From: an uncultured Parachlamydiaceae bacterium
Lineage (GTDB): Bacteria > Chlamydiota > Chlamydiia > Chlamydiales > Parachlamydiaceae
NCBI GenBank assembly: GCA_963742415.1
Contig: CAVULX010000003.1
Coordinates: forward strand, 96,001-160,000
DNA: 64,000 nucleotides
Reading direction: 5' to 3'
Shown here: positions 38,538-48,165 of the stretch, piece by piece
Layout: every line of letters begins with the position of its first letter
How positions within the stretch are numbered: position 1 is the first letter of the stretch
Made by a program: the position numbers and the translations under genes
Notes under the pieces: model-generated
What the model was told of the DNA's origin: nothing
What the model saw: only the letters and a program-made list of their open reading frames with translations
The model's database searches: none

Positions 38538-40643
38538 TTATTTTCCTTCAGGATGAGAAGGAATAATATGAGCCCCTTTTTTGCTATAACGAATGGTTCC
38601 TTTCGTTGTAGGCAATTTGACTCCTGGATTTTGTTGATTGACATAATAACCAATAAACTCGCCAAAATCTATTCTTTCTCGATAGTCTGGATTACCTGGT
38701 ATAGTACTATTAATCGGTTTGCCTTTTCCCGCAAAATTAGTCAGCAGAGCTTGTGGGTCAGAGTGCACGAACTCGCTTCTACCTAATTCAAAGTTATGCT
38801 TGCCAACTATATGTTTATTTTGTTTATCCCACTCAAGTTTAATATTTTTGAAAAAAGCTTCACGTTCAGTCTTATGTTTGAGTGCGGACGCTATGAATAC
38901 TTCTTTATTAGTTTCCGAAATCGTCATTGCTTCTAATATACATATCCGATTCGCATCTCTTAGCTTTTTAAAGGCCGCAATACTTTTAACAGCAGCTCCA
39001 CCTGCAAAAATGTCTACTCCATATCTACCGACAATATATCCGACCAAATGGCCTTTTTCAGATTCGCTTAATCGATCAAACTGATCGTATAGCCGCTGGA
39101 TCTCAATCGGATAGCTTTCAATTTCTTCAAGATCAACATTTTTACGAAATTCGTTAACGCAATTGCCGATATCATGACAGGCATTCACAAAATGAGTTGT
39201 TGAATCAATAGGATGCGTAGTAAACACCCACATAGAGGTGCATAACCCATATACAGAGCTGCAAAGAGACGGCACAAAGTCTTCTATAGCTTCCGCACAT
39301 CCTTCTTTGAGGCCTTTTAAAATTGATTCTTTAAAATTCCAAGAAGGTTTTAGTTTTGCTTTAAGAGCTCTATTATGATTTTTTGATGCTAAATAATCAT
39401 CAAGAGATTGTTTGGAATCTCCTATTTCAAAATAGGCCTGAGCCCGACTAAAATACGCACCGCGATTATTCGGATCGAGCCGAATAGCCTCTGATAATGA
39501 AGTTATGGCTTTGTCATAGCTTCCCAAATCCGCATAAAGTTCTCCTTCCTGTTGATACATATCTGTAGTCAATATTATTCGGTCTTTATAACGATCCGTA
39601 TTTGCCATACGCATTAGCCGATTCACATCCATTAAGGCATCTTCAATTTTACCTGAATGGAGCCGCAGCATTCCTCTTTCATAATAGATTTTAGGGTGTG
39701 GATGAGAACGAATACAGGAATTGTACTGGCTAGTAAACTGATCACGAATCGTTTCTAGTGTTGCATATATCCTGTCAATAGATTCTGGATTACCAGTTAA
39801 TGAATTTGCATCGATAAACTCGGCAATAGACAACAGCATTTGATGGTATTGAGAGTAGAAAAATGCATAGGTTGTCAGAGAACTTGCCACCCCATGGCTG
39901 TTGGGATAATACAAGTCTGTATAGATTTTGCCATGATAGTCAAATTCAATCTTCTTTGCCTGCCAATGCGGTGAAAGCTCGGGCGTAATTAAGCCTTCTT
40001 CAGCTAAGTCCTTCAAGAGTCCATAAACACGATTGTTGAGGTTTACGATATCTTGATTATATTTGGGCCAGTAGCATGTGCAATCATCATTTTCAGAGCA
40101 ATATTGCAAGTAGTGCTTAAAGAAATGAAGGTATTTATGATTCCACAGACGAAAATATCCCCCATTCCAGCATAAAGGTTCGCAGTGATCATTATCATGA
40201 AAACAATGAAAACAACGCTTGCCATTTCCTTGCCTACTCTGCTCATGCCCTTTTCTCAATTCGTTAAGAGCTTCAACGTCAGTAGGACCATCGCAACCCC
40301 TGTACAAATTAAATTTAACACCATTGCAATCGCAGCACTGGTAGCAGTCGGCAAAATAAACTTTCGGAATAATGTGGAGGTAGCTGGAAAAGGAATTAAT
40401 GTTCTCTGTGCTTTCAGCTTCCATCCATGTATGTTCTATTCCAATATTGTTCGAAAAATGTTCCTTGCACGTTGTTAGAAATGCATACCTGGAAAAGCAA
40501 TCCACATTTTCCTGGTTATCATCTTCATTAATGTGCTCATCATATTCCTCGTCTGCTGCTAAATGGCTTGCAAAAGCACAAAAAAATGCGAACAGAAGAA
40601 GAAAGTGTCTTGAGATATTGTTGTGAACCAAACGCTCTATCAT
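38538..40643 (-). CDS. polymorphic toxin: signal peptide, Cys-rich region, TPR repeats, pre-toxin linker, Ntox50-like predicted RNase tip
   Basis: LLLFAFFCAFASHLAA signal; YQQEGELYADLGSYDKAITSLSEAIRLDPNNRGAYFSRAQAY TPR; KQNKHI...GKG...ERIDFGEFIG...PTTKGTIRYSKKGAHIIP; start moved to ATG 40643. Confidence 0.82.
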   Translation of the reverse strand: MIERLVHNNISRHFLLLFAFFCAFASHLAADEEYDEHINEDDNQENVDCFSRYAFLTTCKEHFSNNIGIEHTWMEAESTENINSFSSYLHIIPKVYFADCYQCCDCNGVKFNLYRGCDGPTDVEALNELRKGHEQSRQGNGKRCFHCFHDNDHCEPLCWNGGYFRLWNHKYLHFFKHYLQYCSENDDCTCYWPKYNQDIVNLNNRVYGLLKDLAEEGLITPELSPHWQAKKIEFDYHGKIYTDLYYPNSHGVASSLTTYAFFYSQYHQMLLSIAEFIDANSLTGNPESIDRIYATLETIRDQFTSQYNSCIRSHPHPKIYYERGMLRLHSGKIEDALMDVNRLMRMANTDRYKDRIILTTDMYQQEGELYADLGSYDKAITSLSEAIRLDPNNRGAYFSRAQAYFEIGDSKQSLDDYLASKNHNRALKAKLKPSWNFKESILKGLKEGCAEAIEDFVPSLCSSVYGLCTSMWVFTTHPIDSTTHFVNACHDIGNCVNEFRKNVDLEEIESYPIEIQRLYDQFDRLSESEKGHLVGYIVGRYGVDIFAGGAAVKSIAAFKKLRDANRICILEAMTISETNKEVFIASALKHKTEREAFFKNIKLEWDKQNKHIVGKHNFELGRSEFVHSDPQALLTNFAGKGKPINSTIPGNPDYRERIDFGEFIGYYVNQQNPGVKLPTTKGTIRYSKKGAHIIPSHPEGK

Positions 40644-40776
40644 AAATACTGCTCGAAATTTGAAGTGAAAGAAGATGCTATACGAAATATTTCTCTCCGA
40701 CAAGCTAAATCGACAGGTAAGATGATTTTTAATATATTCCATGGTTCAAGCGAGTAAAAGCTCTGTATGAGGCAAT

Positions 40777-40908
40777 GTGGTAAATCCTAAAAATAAACCT
40801 GAGAACATCAAGTATTCTGTTAGTTCAGGAAACATATATGCTGATTTTGGATTCTCTAATCTAGAAGAAGCAAAAAATATGTTTTCTTTTTGCAACCTTA
40901 AATACTGA
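40777..40908 (+). pseudogene. truncated XRE/HigA-type antitoxin fragment
   Basis: Manual translation ...KYSVSSGNIYADFGFSNLEEAK (SSGNVFADLG-type N-terminus), HTH missing. Confidence 0.65.
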
Positions 40909-40994
40909 GCCTTCAAGGTATAAAAGAAGTGACCACTTGATGTATTTTTGATCGAATATCATTTGTATTCATGGCGAGTTCTTCTTCAGCCAAC

Positions 40995-41387
40995 TTAAAT
41001 TTCCTTCTTCTTTTTAACTCTTTTTGCCTTTGGACTTGGGATGGCACTTAGTTCAGCTTCGATCTCATGAATTGTTGGAAGTTGTCCCTTTAGCTTTTTA
41101 GGTAGAGTTGAAACGATTTTTGTCTCATATTCAGCTACTCCCATGGGCTTGTGAATGTCTCGAAGAGCATATTCTGCAATGAAATTGTCTTTACTTTTGC
41201 AAATCAAAATGCCAATAGTTGGGTTGTCCGTAGGATGCTTCATGAGATCATCAACAGCGGATAAATAAAAATTCATCTTACCGGCAAACTCAGGCTTAAA
41301 ATCAATCGCGTTGAGTTCAATCACAACAAAACATCTAAGTTTCAAATGATAAAACAGCAGGTCGATATAGAAGTCTTTGTTACCCAC
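40995..41387 (-). pseudogene. 5'-truncated YhcG/DUF1016 PD-(D/E)XK nuclease-like gene
   Basis: DFYIDLLFYHLKLRCFVVIEL, GKMNFYLSAVDD, DNPTIGILIC; N-terminal domain absent. Confidence 0.85.
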
Positions 41388-41450
41388 TTTTTTGAAATAT
41401 CTGACTTCTTATAGGCCGAATCACATAATCTTGATACATCACGTCTGTTC

Positions 41451-42104
41451 TTATTCTTTTGAAATTGTATTAGATAGATTTGCAATAATTCGTATAAACT
41501 TTTCATCTTCTGAGATGCTAATAATTTGAAATCCTGTTGATTCCAATTTCTGAGAAAGCGTTTCCGAAGTCCAATAACAAAAATAACGAGGTCTTTCTAA
41601 TTTTGCTGTTGTCCATTCTTCTCCTTCTCCCTTTTTTACAGAGAAGGCCAATATTCCGTTGTTATTCAATGCAGCATGGATTTTTTTAAAAGCTTTCTCT
41701 AATTCTTGAGGAGTAAAATGCAAAAAAACTGCATTTGCAAAAACCAGATCATATTGCATGCTAAAAGCATCCGTTAGAATATTAAATTGATGTGCTGGAT
41801 ATCCTTGCTCCTGCAAAAAAGCAACAAATGATGCCGTTGCATCCGTTCGCTCTACATTAAATCCACAGGATTCGATGTATTTGGCGTCTCTACCAAAACC
41901 GGAACCAATCTCAATGATACGAGCATCTGATGGCAAGAACGTTAGAGTATGATCCATCCAGTCTTTAAAATTACCGCTTACATTTGCAACTGTACCAGTG
42001 ATATATTCCTGAATGCCTAGCTCATACGACCGAAGCGTTAATTCATTAGACGTGAGGTTCTCCACTTGTTCATAATGTAATTGAATGGGTGTTTCTTGAG
42101 TCAT
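41451..42104 (-). CDS. class I SAM-dependent methyltransferase
   Basis: IIEIGSGFGRD, YDLVFANAVFLH, GILAFS. Confidence 0.9.
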   Translation of the reverse strand: MTQETPIQLHYEQVENLTSNELTLRSYELGIQEYITGTVANVSGNFKDWMDHTLTFLPSDARIIEIGSGFGRDAKYIESCGFNVERTDATASFVAFLQEQGYPAHQFNILTDAFSMQYDLVFANAVFLHFTPQELEKAFKKIHAALNNNGILAFSVKKGEGEEWTTAKLERPRYFCYWTSETLSQKLESTGFQIISISEDEKFIRIIANLSNTISKE

Positions 42105-42314
42105 AGGTGGCTCTCCTTTTCCAAATAGCTGACAGGGAGTAGAATTGTATCAAATTTACCTTCGTGGCAATGCGTTCAATATAATCGCTGTCCGATTACA
42201 TTTGAAAGCAGATTACACGTCTTGGTCTTCTATTGCTTGATTTCTAGATGAAGAGCGAAACAAAATAAACACGTTTCAACGCGGTTCAGGAACAGCTTAT
42301 AAAATGAAAAAGCT

Positions 42315-42344
42315 GGAGACATTGCCATTTCTGAAAATGTCTCC
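42315..42344 (-). terminator. hairpin downstream of tRNA-Phe
   Basis: GGAGACATT...AATGTCTCC stem followed by T-rich tract on minus strand. Confidence 0.55.
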
Positions 42345-42351
42345 GGTGATG

Positions 42352-42424
<73 letters not shown>

Positions 42425-42582
42425 AAGTAAAGAAAGCAAAGATAAGCGAAATAAGGTTTTCCTGCAATTGTTTATTTCGCTTTTAACCTGAACTTTGGGT
42501 TTTTATTGACCTAGATAAAGAAATGGGAAAACGAAAAGCATGCACATATACTTGCAAGCTTTAACTCAGAATTATGATTCGA

Positions 42583-44667
42583 TTACTTTTCATTATTGCC
42601 AACGGGACCAAGGACCTTTTTAGCATAGGCGTTTTCCCGGGCTTGAGGATGAAGCATAATCATATCTTTGACAATATTGACAGCTTCAGCCATTTGCATC
42701 TCATCGATCTGAAGATTTTTACTCTGGACTGAGGAAGCTCCTATTTCGTTTTTGTCTGCATCCTCAGAAGAGCCTTTTCCATTAAGGGAATTTAAAAAAG
42801 ACTGATATTTTTTGTTGTTTGCAAGACGGGTAGCACTGTTTTGCTTCAGTTGCGGGAGAAGGGAGATCCAATCATTGATCTTATGCTGGATGGTCGGAAT
42901 ATAGTAACGCAGATACCAAGCTTTAAGCCCCGCATCCACATCGCTTAAGTCATCTTTATATTCCGGCGGAATTTTATCTGGTTGGACGGTATATTCTAAA
43001 TATTTTTCCCCAATGTGTTCGGAGTTGTAAGGACCTGGAACAAGGATATCGGATTTAACCCCACCCAACTGAGGAGTTTTACCCGATACAGTATAATAGG
43101 TTCCAATAGTGACTTTAAAATAGCTCGAGGCTGTGTCATCAGTGACAGTTTGGCTTTGAATTGTTCCTTTTCCATAGGTTTGTTCATCCCCTACAATCAC
43201 TGCCACGCCATAGTCTTGCAAGGCTTGGGCGACAATTTCCGCCGCTGAAGCCGTAGCTTTTGAGGTCAGCACAACAAGAGGTCCGTTATAGGCCATTTTG
43301 CCATCCATATCCCGATAAAAATGCTCTTGTCCATTGGAATATTTGGATATGACCACGACCCCATTCGTAATGAAAAGACCTGCCACTTTGACAGCTTGAG
43401 TGAGGAATCCACCGCTGTTTTCACGAAGGTCTAAGATCAGCCCTTTTAAATGCCCTTTCTGTGAAAGCTCTTTGATTGCTTTTCTAACATCATTTTCGCT
43501 AGTCACCCCATTTTCCCCTTGGTAAAAAGAATGGAGAGTGATTTTACCGATGATACCGTCGCCAAACTTTTCATAGCTTGTGTCGACCCGATCTTCATTC
43601 ACAGCAATCGGAGCGCGGGTTAAATTGACATCAATTCTCTTACCGGCGCCCCCATTCCCTAGATTTTGCTCCCTTCCCAGAATTAAAGTAACACTTGTTC
43701 CTTTTTTGCCTCGGAGAAACTCCATCACCCTGTCTAACGGCAAATCCTTAATGTTTGTTCCGTTGACCTCTAAAATCCGATCGCCTGCTTGAACTTCTTT
43801 GCTTTTATCTGCAGGCCCCCCTTCAATCACTTTTTCGATGACGACATAGCCGTCAGGATTTTGTTTGAGAACAACACCGATCCCTTCAAATTCCTTTTCC
43901 AAACGGACCTTCATATCGTAAGCTTCGGCATTGTTATAAAATGTTGTGTGTGCATCCAAACTGCTTGTCAAGGCCTTTAATATATGAAAGACAAACATGT
44001 TTTCTTTCTTATCTGGACTGAAGGGCTTGCCATCTTCATTCGTAAAAAGGTAGTTATCTTCTTGGCCTTCGAGGTAATGGTCGTAAATCTCTAAGGTTTT
44101 GTCTTGATTTTGCATGATCTTGGCTTGGCCGAATTGCTGCTTTTCAGCATTGATAAAGGCTATGAAACGTTGTTTGATCTGTTGTTTCAAGTCATCCAAA
44201 TTTGTAGCAAAAGGGATTTTCAGATCGGGATCCAACTCACTCTCGTTATATTTCGAATCTGAATTTTGATTAAACAAAGCGGTTTTATCTTGCATCACTT
44301 CCTTTCTCAATTGCCGCCCGCGCAAGATCGCTTTTTGGATTGTTTGATTCAATTGTTGGTATAAGGTAAAGTCGTTTTCCTTGTACTCGTTTAAAATCAA
44401 TCCCATTTCTTCTTTGTTAAGATCAAGAAAAGGTCGCGCTTCTTTATCAAGCAAATACATCCGAAAGGGATCGAATTGATCGATATAAACGCTGAAAGAA
44501 TGCTTAAGGATCGTTTCACTCATTTCTTTTTGGCTGACATGCTGCTGAAATATTTGCTGCATGACTTTGTTGACATCGGAGGGTTTAAGAAGCTCTGTTT
44601 CAACCGCAGATAAGGTAAAAGAAATAAGGAAAAAATAGATCAAAAATATCAGTTTGTACTTCTTCAT
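42583..44667 (-). CDS. tsp: tail-specific (C-terminal processing) protease, S41 family with PDZ domain
   Basis: Signal peptide, LDAHT, EGIGVVL PDZ, LDLRENSGG, ASAAEIVAQALQDY, TYGKGTIQ. Confidence 0.92.
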   Translation of the reverse strand: MKKYKLIFLIYFFLISFTLSAVETELLKPSDVNKVMQQIFQQHVSQKEMSETILKHSFSVYIDQFDPFRMYLLDKEARPFLDLNKEEMGLILNEYKENDFTLYQQLNQTIQKAILRGRQLRKEVMQDKTALFNQNSDSKYNESELDPDLKIPFATNLDDLKQQIKQRFIAFINAEKQQFGQAKIMQNQDKTLEIYDHYLEGQEDNYLFTNEDGKPFSPDKKENMFVFHILKALTSSLDAHTTFYNNAEAYDMKVRLEKEFEGIGVVLKQNPDGYVVIEKVIEGGPADKSKEVQAGDRILEVNGTNIKDLPLDRVMEFLRGKKGTSVTLILGREQNLGNGGAGKRIDVNLTRAPIAVNEDRVDTSYEKFGDGIIGKITLHSFYQGENGVTSENDVRKAIKELSQKGHLKGLILDLRENSGGFLTQAVKVAGLFITNGVVVISKYSNGQEHFYRDMDGKMAYNGPLVVLTSKATASAAEIVAQALQDYGVAVIVGDEQTYGKGTIQSQTVTDDTASSYFKVTIGTYYTVSGKTPQLGGVKSDILVPGPYNSEHIGEKYLEYTVQPDKIPPEYKDDLSDVDAGLKAWYLRYYIPTIQHKINDWISLLPQLKQNSATRLANNKKYQSFLNSLNGKGSSEDADKNEIGASSVQSKNLQIDEMQMAEAVNIVKDMIMLHPQARENAYAKKVLGPVGNNEK

Positions 44668-44876
44668 GATTTAAAAAATCTCTCCCAAACGGCATTTTCT
44701 CATAAAACTATTATAATCAATTTTTTAAAATATAACAATGGCTATATCTTTTATAGGAAAATCTTGACCAAAAAGGTCAAAGATAAGGAGAAAAGGAGAA
44801 GTTTATCAGGTCAATGGCCTGTTTAAAAAGCCTTAGCGATTAATGCCTAATTTTGCCTAATTTAATACGTCTCCGC

Positions 44877-45644
44877 CTAAATATCTTCTGGTTGACAAAG
44901 TTTGTATTCTTCGCTTTCCTCCCATGTAGCACTATCTAAAGTTGCTATTTCTTCTTCAAGTTTTTTTATTTTGCTTATATTATCATTGATTGCAGCAATA
45001 AGCGGCCTCGTATCCCAATCCAAGTTTCTTTTCGTTATTCCAGAAGCAGATTTCTTTTCTAATATTTCATCTATGCCGAAATCAGGAAGCAGATCTCTAA
45101 CCTCTTTTTGTTGAGCAGGCTCTAGCGAATTAAATTTATTTTTTATACCCATTATAATTGCATTTCTTATTTCATCAATTTGCGTGTTTTTGTCCTTAAT
45201 ACTGTCCACCTTTTTGTTTCTCCAAGCCTTCTCAGCCAAACTCTCGGCAATAAGTGTAATATCATTATAATTTTTATTATCACGACAGAATCGAACAACT
45301 TTTGGAGCAAATTCAGCTAGATCCACTGTTTGGTATGTGCCATGGCTACCGAAATATTTTCTATTATATTTGTCAACTATTTTATAATTATCTCCTATTT
45401 TTTATTCTAAATCTTCAAGTGTCTCTTTCGCAGTATTATGAACTTTATTCGAGTTATCTCCATTAGATAAAAGATCGGAAATAAAAAGATATATTCTTTT
45501 TATTAAATTATAGCGTGTAGAGTAAATTACATCTTCCATACCTTTCTTATCAACATATTGAGTTCCTTTGTAATTTACCAAATTCGATATACTTTCACAT
45601 GAGGTTAATACATTAGAGTTAACGTTGACGCTGCCAGTAAACAT
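44877..45644 (-). pseudogene. AT-rich orphan gene interrupted by one in-frame TAA
   Basis: ORFs 45402-45656 and 44877-45326 share a frame; the gap reads open (LEDLE*KIGDNYKIVDKYNRKYFGSHGTYQTVDLAE); GGAGGA RBS before ATG 45644. Confidence 0.7.
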
Positions 45645-45794
45645 ATAATCCTCCAATTAATTTATTAATAAATAATATTAACATTATTATATTAATAAAA
45701 AAAATTTTAGTCAAAATTGTTGAAAAATGTCCTTATACCCTTCTATTTATCTTTTATTTGCTTTGTAATCCTCTGGAGTTTACCCTGAAAAGCT

Positions 45795-46505
45795 ATGAAG
45801 AAAAATGAATCCTCTGCCATTTTGCTTTCCAATTTTGAAGGTCCATTGGAGTTTCTGCTCTATCTTGTTCAAAAAAACGAAATAGACATATATGAAGTAT
45901 TCCTCCAAGAGATTACAGCTCAATATCAACAAAAATTTGGCTCCAGTGTTTCGGTTGACATTAATTCCGGAGCTGAATTTGTCAGTTCCACAGCTTTTTT
46001 GCTTTGGTTGAAAAGTAAAACACTCCTTCCTAAGCATGAGCAATCAGAAGCTTTAGAGGATATAGAGCCAGACCCACATTTCGAGATCATTCATCAGCTC
46101 ATGGATTACTGTAAGTTTAAACAAGCAGCCAAAGATTTGTCCCAGCTAGAATTAAAGCAAAGCCTCTATTATCCAAGGGGGCAGGAGGCTTCACCGGAAG
46201 TAAAAAAACCTTTGGGAATAGAACATATTTCCCTGGAAGATTTAGCCTCCCTGTTTCAACAGGTGATCTCCAAAGCCTCTCCGGAACCCAAAAAAATCTC
46301 CGGTGAAACATGGCAGGTGAGTGATAAAATTATTGCTATTCAGAACCTATTTGAGCATCAACAAAAAATCCCTTTTGAGTTATTATTTAATGAAACAATG
46401 TCCCGTGAAGAGCTAATTGCAACATTTCTAGCCGTATTGGAATTGATGAAAGAGGGATTTTTAAAAGCCAGGAAAGAATCGAATGTGGTGGTATTTGTTC
46501 GATGA
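45795..46505 (+). CDS. scpA: segregation and condensation protein A
   Basis: FEGPLEFLLYLV, LKSKTLLP, TFLAVLELMK. Confidence 0.93.
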   Translation: MKKNESSAILLSNFEGPLEFLLYLVQKNEIDIYEVFLQEITAQYQQKFGSSVSVDINSGAEFVSSTAFLLWLKSKTLLPKHEQSEALEDIEPDPHFEIIHQLMDYCKFKQAAKDLSQLELKQSLYYPRGQEASPEVKKPLGIEHISLEDLASLFQQVISKASPEPKKISGETWQVSDKIIAIQNLFEHQQKIPFELLFNETMSREELIATFLAVLELMKEGFLKARKESNVVVFVR

Positions 46506-47152
46506 CAAAAGAAATTAATCTTATTGAAACAGAAATTGAGAAAGCGGAAGCAACAGATCTTTCCCCTTCTTTGCCCCGTTTTTTAGAAAAAGCCAAACAA
46601 GACGAGAAGCAAAATCAACAAGAACCCCAGATCCGTTTTCAAGTTAAGCGGATGATCGAAGCGTTGCTCTTCGCTAGCAATGAACCTTTACCTTTCAATA
46701 AAATCCGGGAGATCTCAGATACTTTTTATCCCCTTCCTCCCCGCTTATTAAGGCAAATCATCGAAGACTTGCAGCAAGATTATCTCGTCCAACAAAGAGC
46801 CTTTCGCCTGGAAGAGATCGCCCTGGGTTTCGTGCTACGGTCTTGCGAGGAATACAGTCCTTATATTGACCTGCTTTACCGCAACAAACGCACGGAAAAA
46901 CTCTCCTCAGCCGCTGCGGAAGTGTTGGCCATTATCGCCTACAAACAACCGATCACAAAGCCTCAAATTGAAGCGATCCGAGGCGTGGATTCTTCAGGAA
47001 CCATTCAGAATTTATTGGAGAGGCAATTAATTGAACCTTTAGGAAAGCTGGAAGCTCCAGGAAGACCCACTCTGTACGGAATCACCAACAGCTTTTTAAA
47101 GCATTTTGGCTTAAAAGATCTGACGGAACTTCCAAAATTCATTTCCATTTAA
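46502..47152 (+). CDS. scpB: segregation and condensation protein B
   Basis: IEALLFA, LAIIAYKQPIT, IRGVDS, PGRPTLYG, FLKHFGL. Confidence 0.95.
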   Translation: MTKEINLIETEIEKAEATDLSPSLPRFLEKAKQDEKQNQQEPQIRFQVKRMIEALLFASNEPLPFNKIREISDTFYPLPPRLLRQIIEDLQQDYLVQQRAFRLEEIALGFVLRSCEEYSPYIDLLYRNKRTEKLSSAAAEVLAIIAYKQPITKPQIEAIRGVDSSGTIQNLLERQLIEPLGKLEAPGRPTLYGITNSFLKHFGLKDLTELPKFISI

Positions 47153-47153
47153 A

Positions 47154-48155
47154 TCAAATTTTAGAAACCATTTTCCGTTTAGAAAAAAAGCGGCGGGCGG
47201 AAACGGAAAACATGGCTAGGAGATAGATCGACGTGATCACACAGACGACAAGGCCTCCGGTGGAAAGCGCGATCCCGTAAACCGAGAGGTAGTGGCGAGC
47301 TAAAGCGACCCCTATAATTGAGGCTAAGCAGCCTAAAAGCATCGATAAAAATAAAAGATGCTTCAAATTGTGTGTGAGCAACCGCGCTGTCAAAGGGGGC
47401 CCCGTCATAAATGACAATACCATCAATACCCCGACCGCTCTAAAAGCCCCGATAGAGGTAGCTGAAACCTGCATCATCAAAAGGTAATTAAAGAAAATAG
47501 GGGAAAATCCCAAGGCTTTTGCCAAAGCTGGATCGAATGTCGTGATTTTGAATTCTTTGAAAAAAACGAAAAATAGGATGAAATTAAGCCCTAATATGAG
47601 GAACACAAGACGGCAATCCTCCGGTTGCAACGCATCGACATTTCCCATGACCACTTCAGTCCCTATATGAGCATTGCGGGTTAACAGGGTAACTAAAACA
47701 ATGCCTAAAGCAAATAACGAAGTGAAGACTAAGCCTGTGCTCGCATCCTCCTGCAATCGGGCCACTTTTGTTAGAAATTCTGTCAAAAAAGTCGTGGCTA
47801 ATCCCGTGATCAAAGCAGCGATTAACATCGCTTGGATATTAATTCCGGAATGCCCTTCAACACCAGCCAAGGCTGAGCCGTGGGTGATAAGGTAGGCAAT
47901 AACGATTCCAAGGAGGATTGTATGGGACAGGGAGTTGGCCAGCATCGTCATTTTGCGCAAGATTAAAAAGGTGCCCACGAGTGCGGAAGAACACGCAACC
48001 CCCACTAAGACTAAAATTTGCACTTCATCAGAAACCAGATTTGCAAATTCCAAACTGCCCGTCATGTATCCCCATATCCTTTGCAGCAATATCCAGATCA
48101 CCCCCCAAAAAGGCTGGCCATTATAGGGGTTGTAGTAGTGCTGTGAATCCATCAT
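47154..48155 (-). CDS. ytgD: metal (Fe/Mn/Zn) ABC transporter permease YtgD/TroD
   Basis: ABC-3 permease: GTFLILRKMTMLANSLSH, FDPALA, AFRAVG. Confidence 0.88.
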   Translation of the reverse strand: MMDSQHYYNPYNGQPFWGVIWILLQRIWGYMTGSLEFANLVSDEVQILVLVGVACSSALVGTFLILRKMTMLANSLSHTILLGIVIAYLITHGSALAGVEGHSGINIQAMLIAALITGLATTFLTEFLTKVARLQEDASTGLVFTSLFALGIVLVTLLTRNAHIGTEVVMGNVDALQPEDCRLVFLILGLNFILFFVFFKEFKITTFDPALAKALGFSPIFFNYLLMMQVSATSIGAFRAVGVLMVLSFMTGPPLTARLLTHNLKHLLFLSMLLGCLASIIGVALARHYLSVYGIALSTGGLVVCVITSIYLLAMFSVSARRFFSKRKMVSKI

Positions 48156-48165
48156 CTTTCCTTTT

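Larger units (their letters stand above)
32750..42300. mobile_element. AT-rich accessory island between tRNA-Ser and tRNA-Phe (no integrase seen)
   Basis: Lies at the 3' side of tRNA-Phe; holds TA genes, toxin/immunity genes, gene fragments and glycan enzymes; visibly AT-richer than flanks. Confidence 0.5.
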
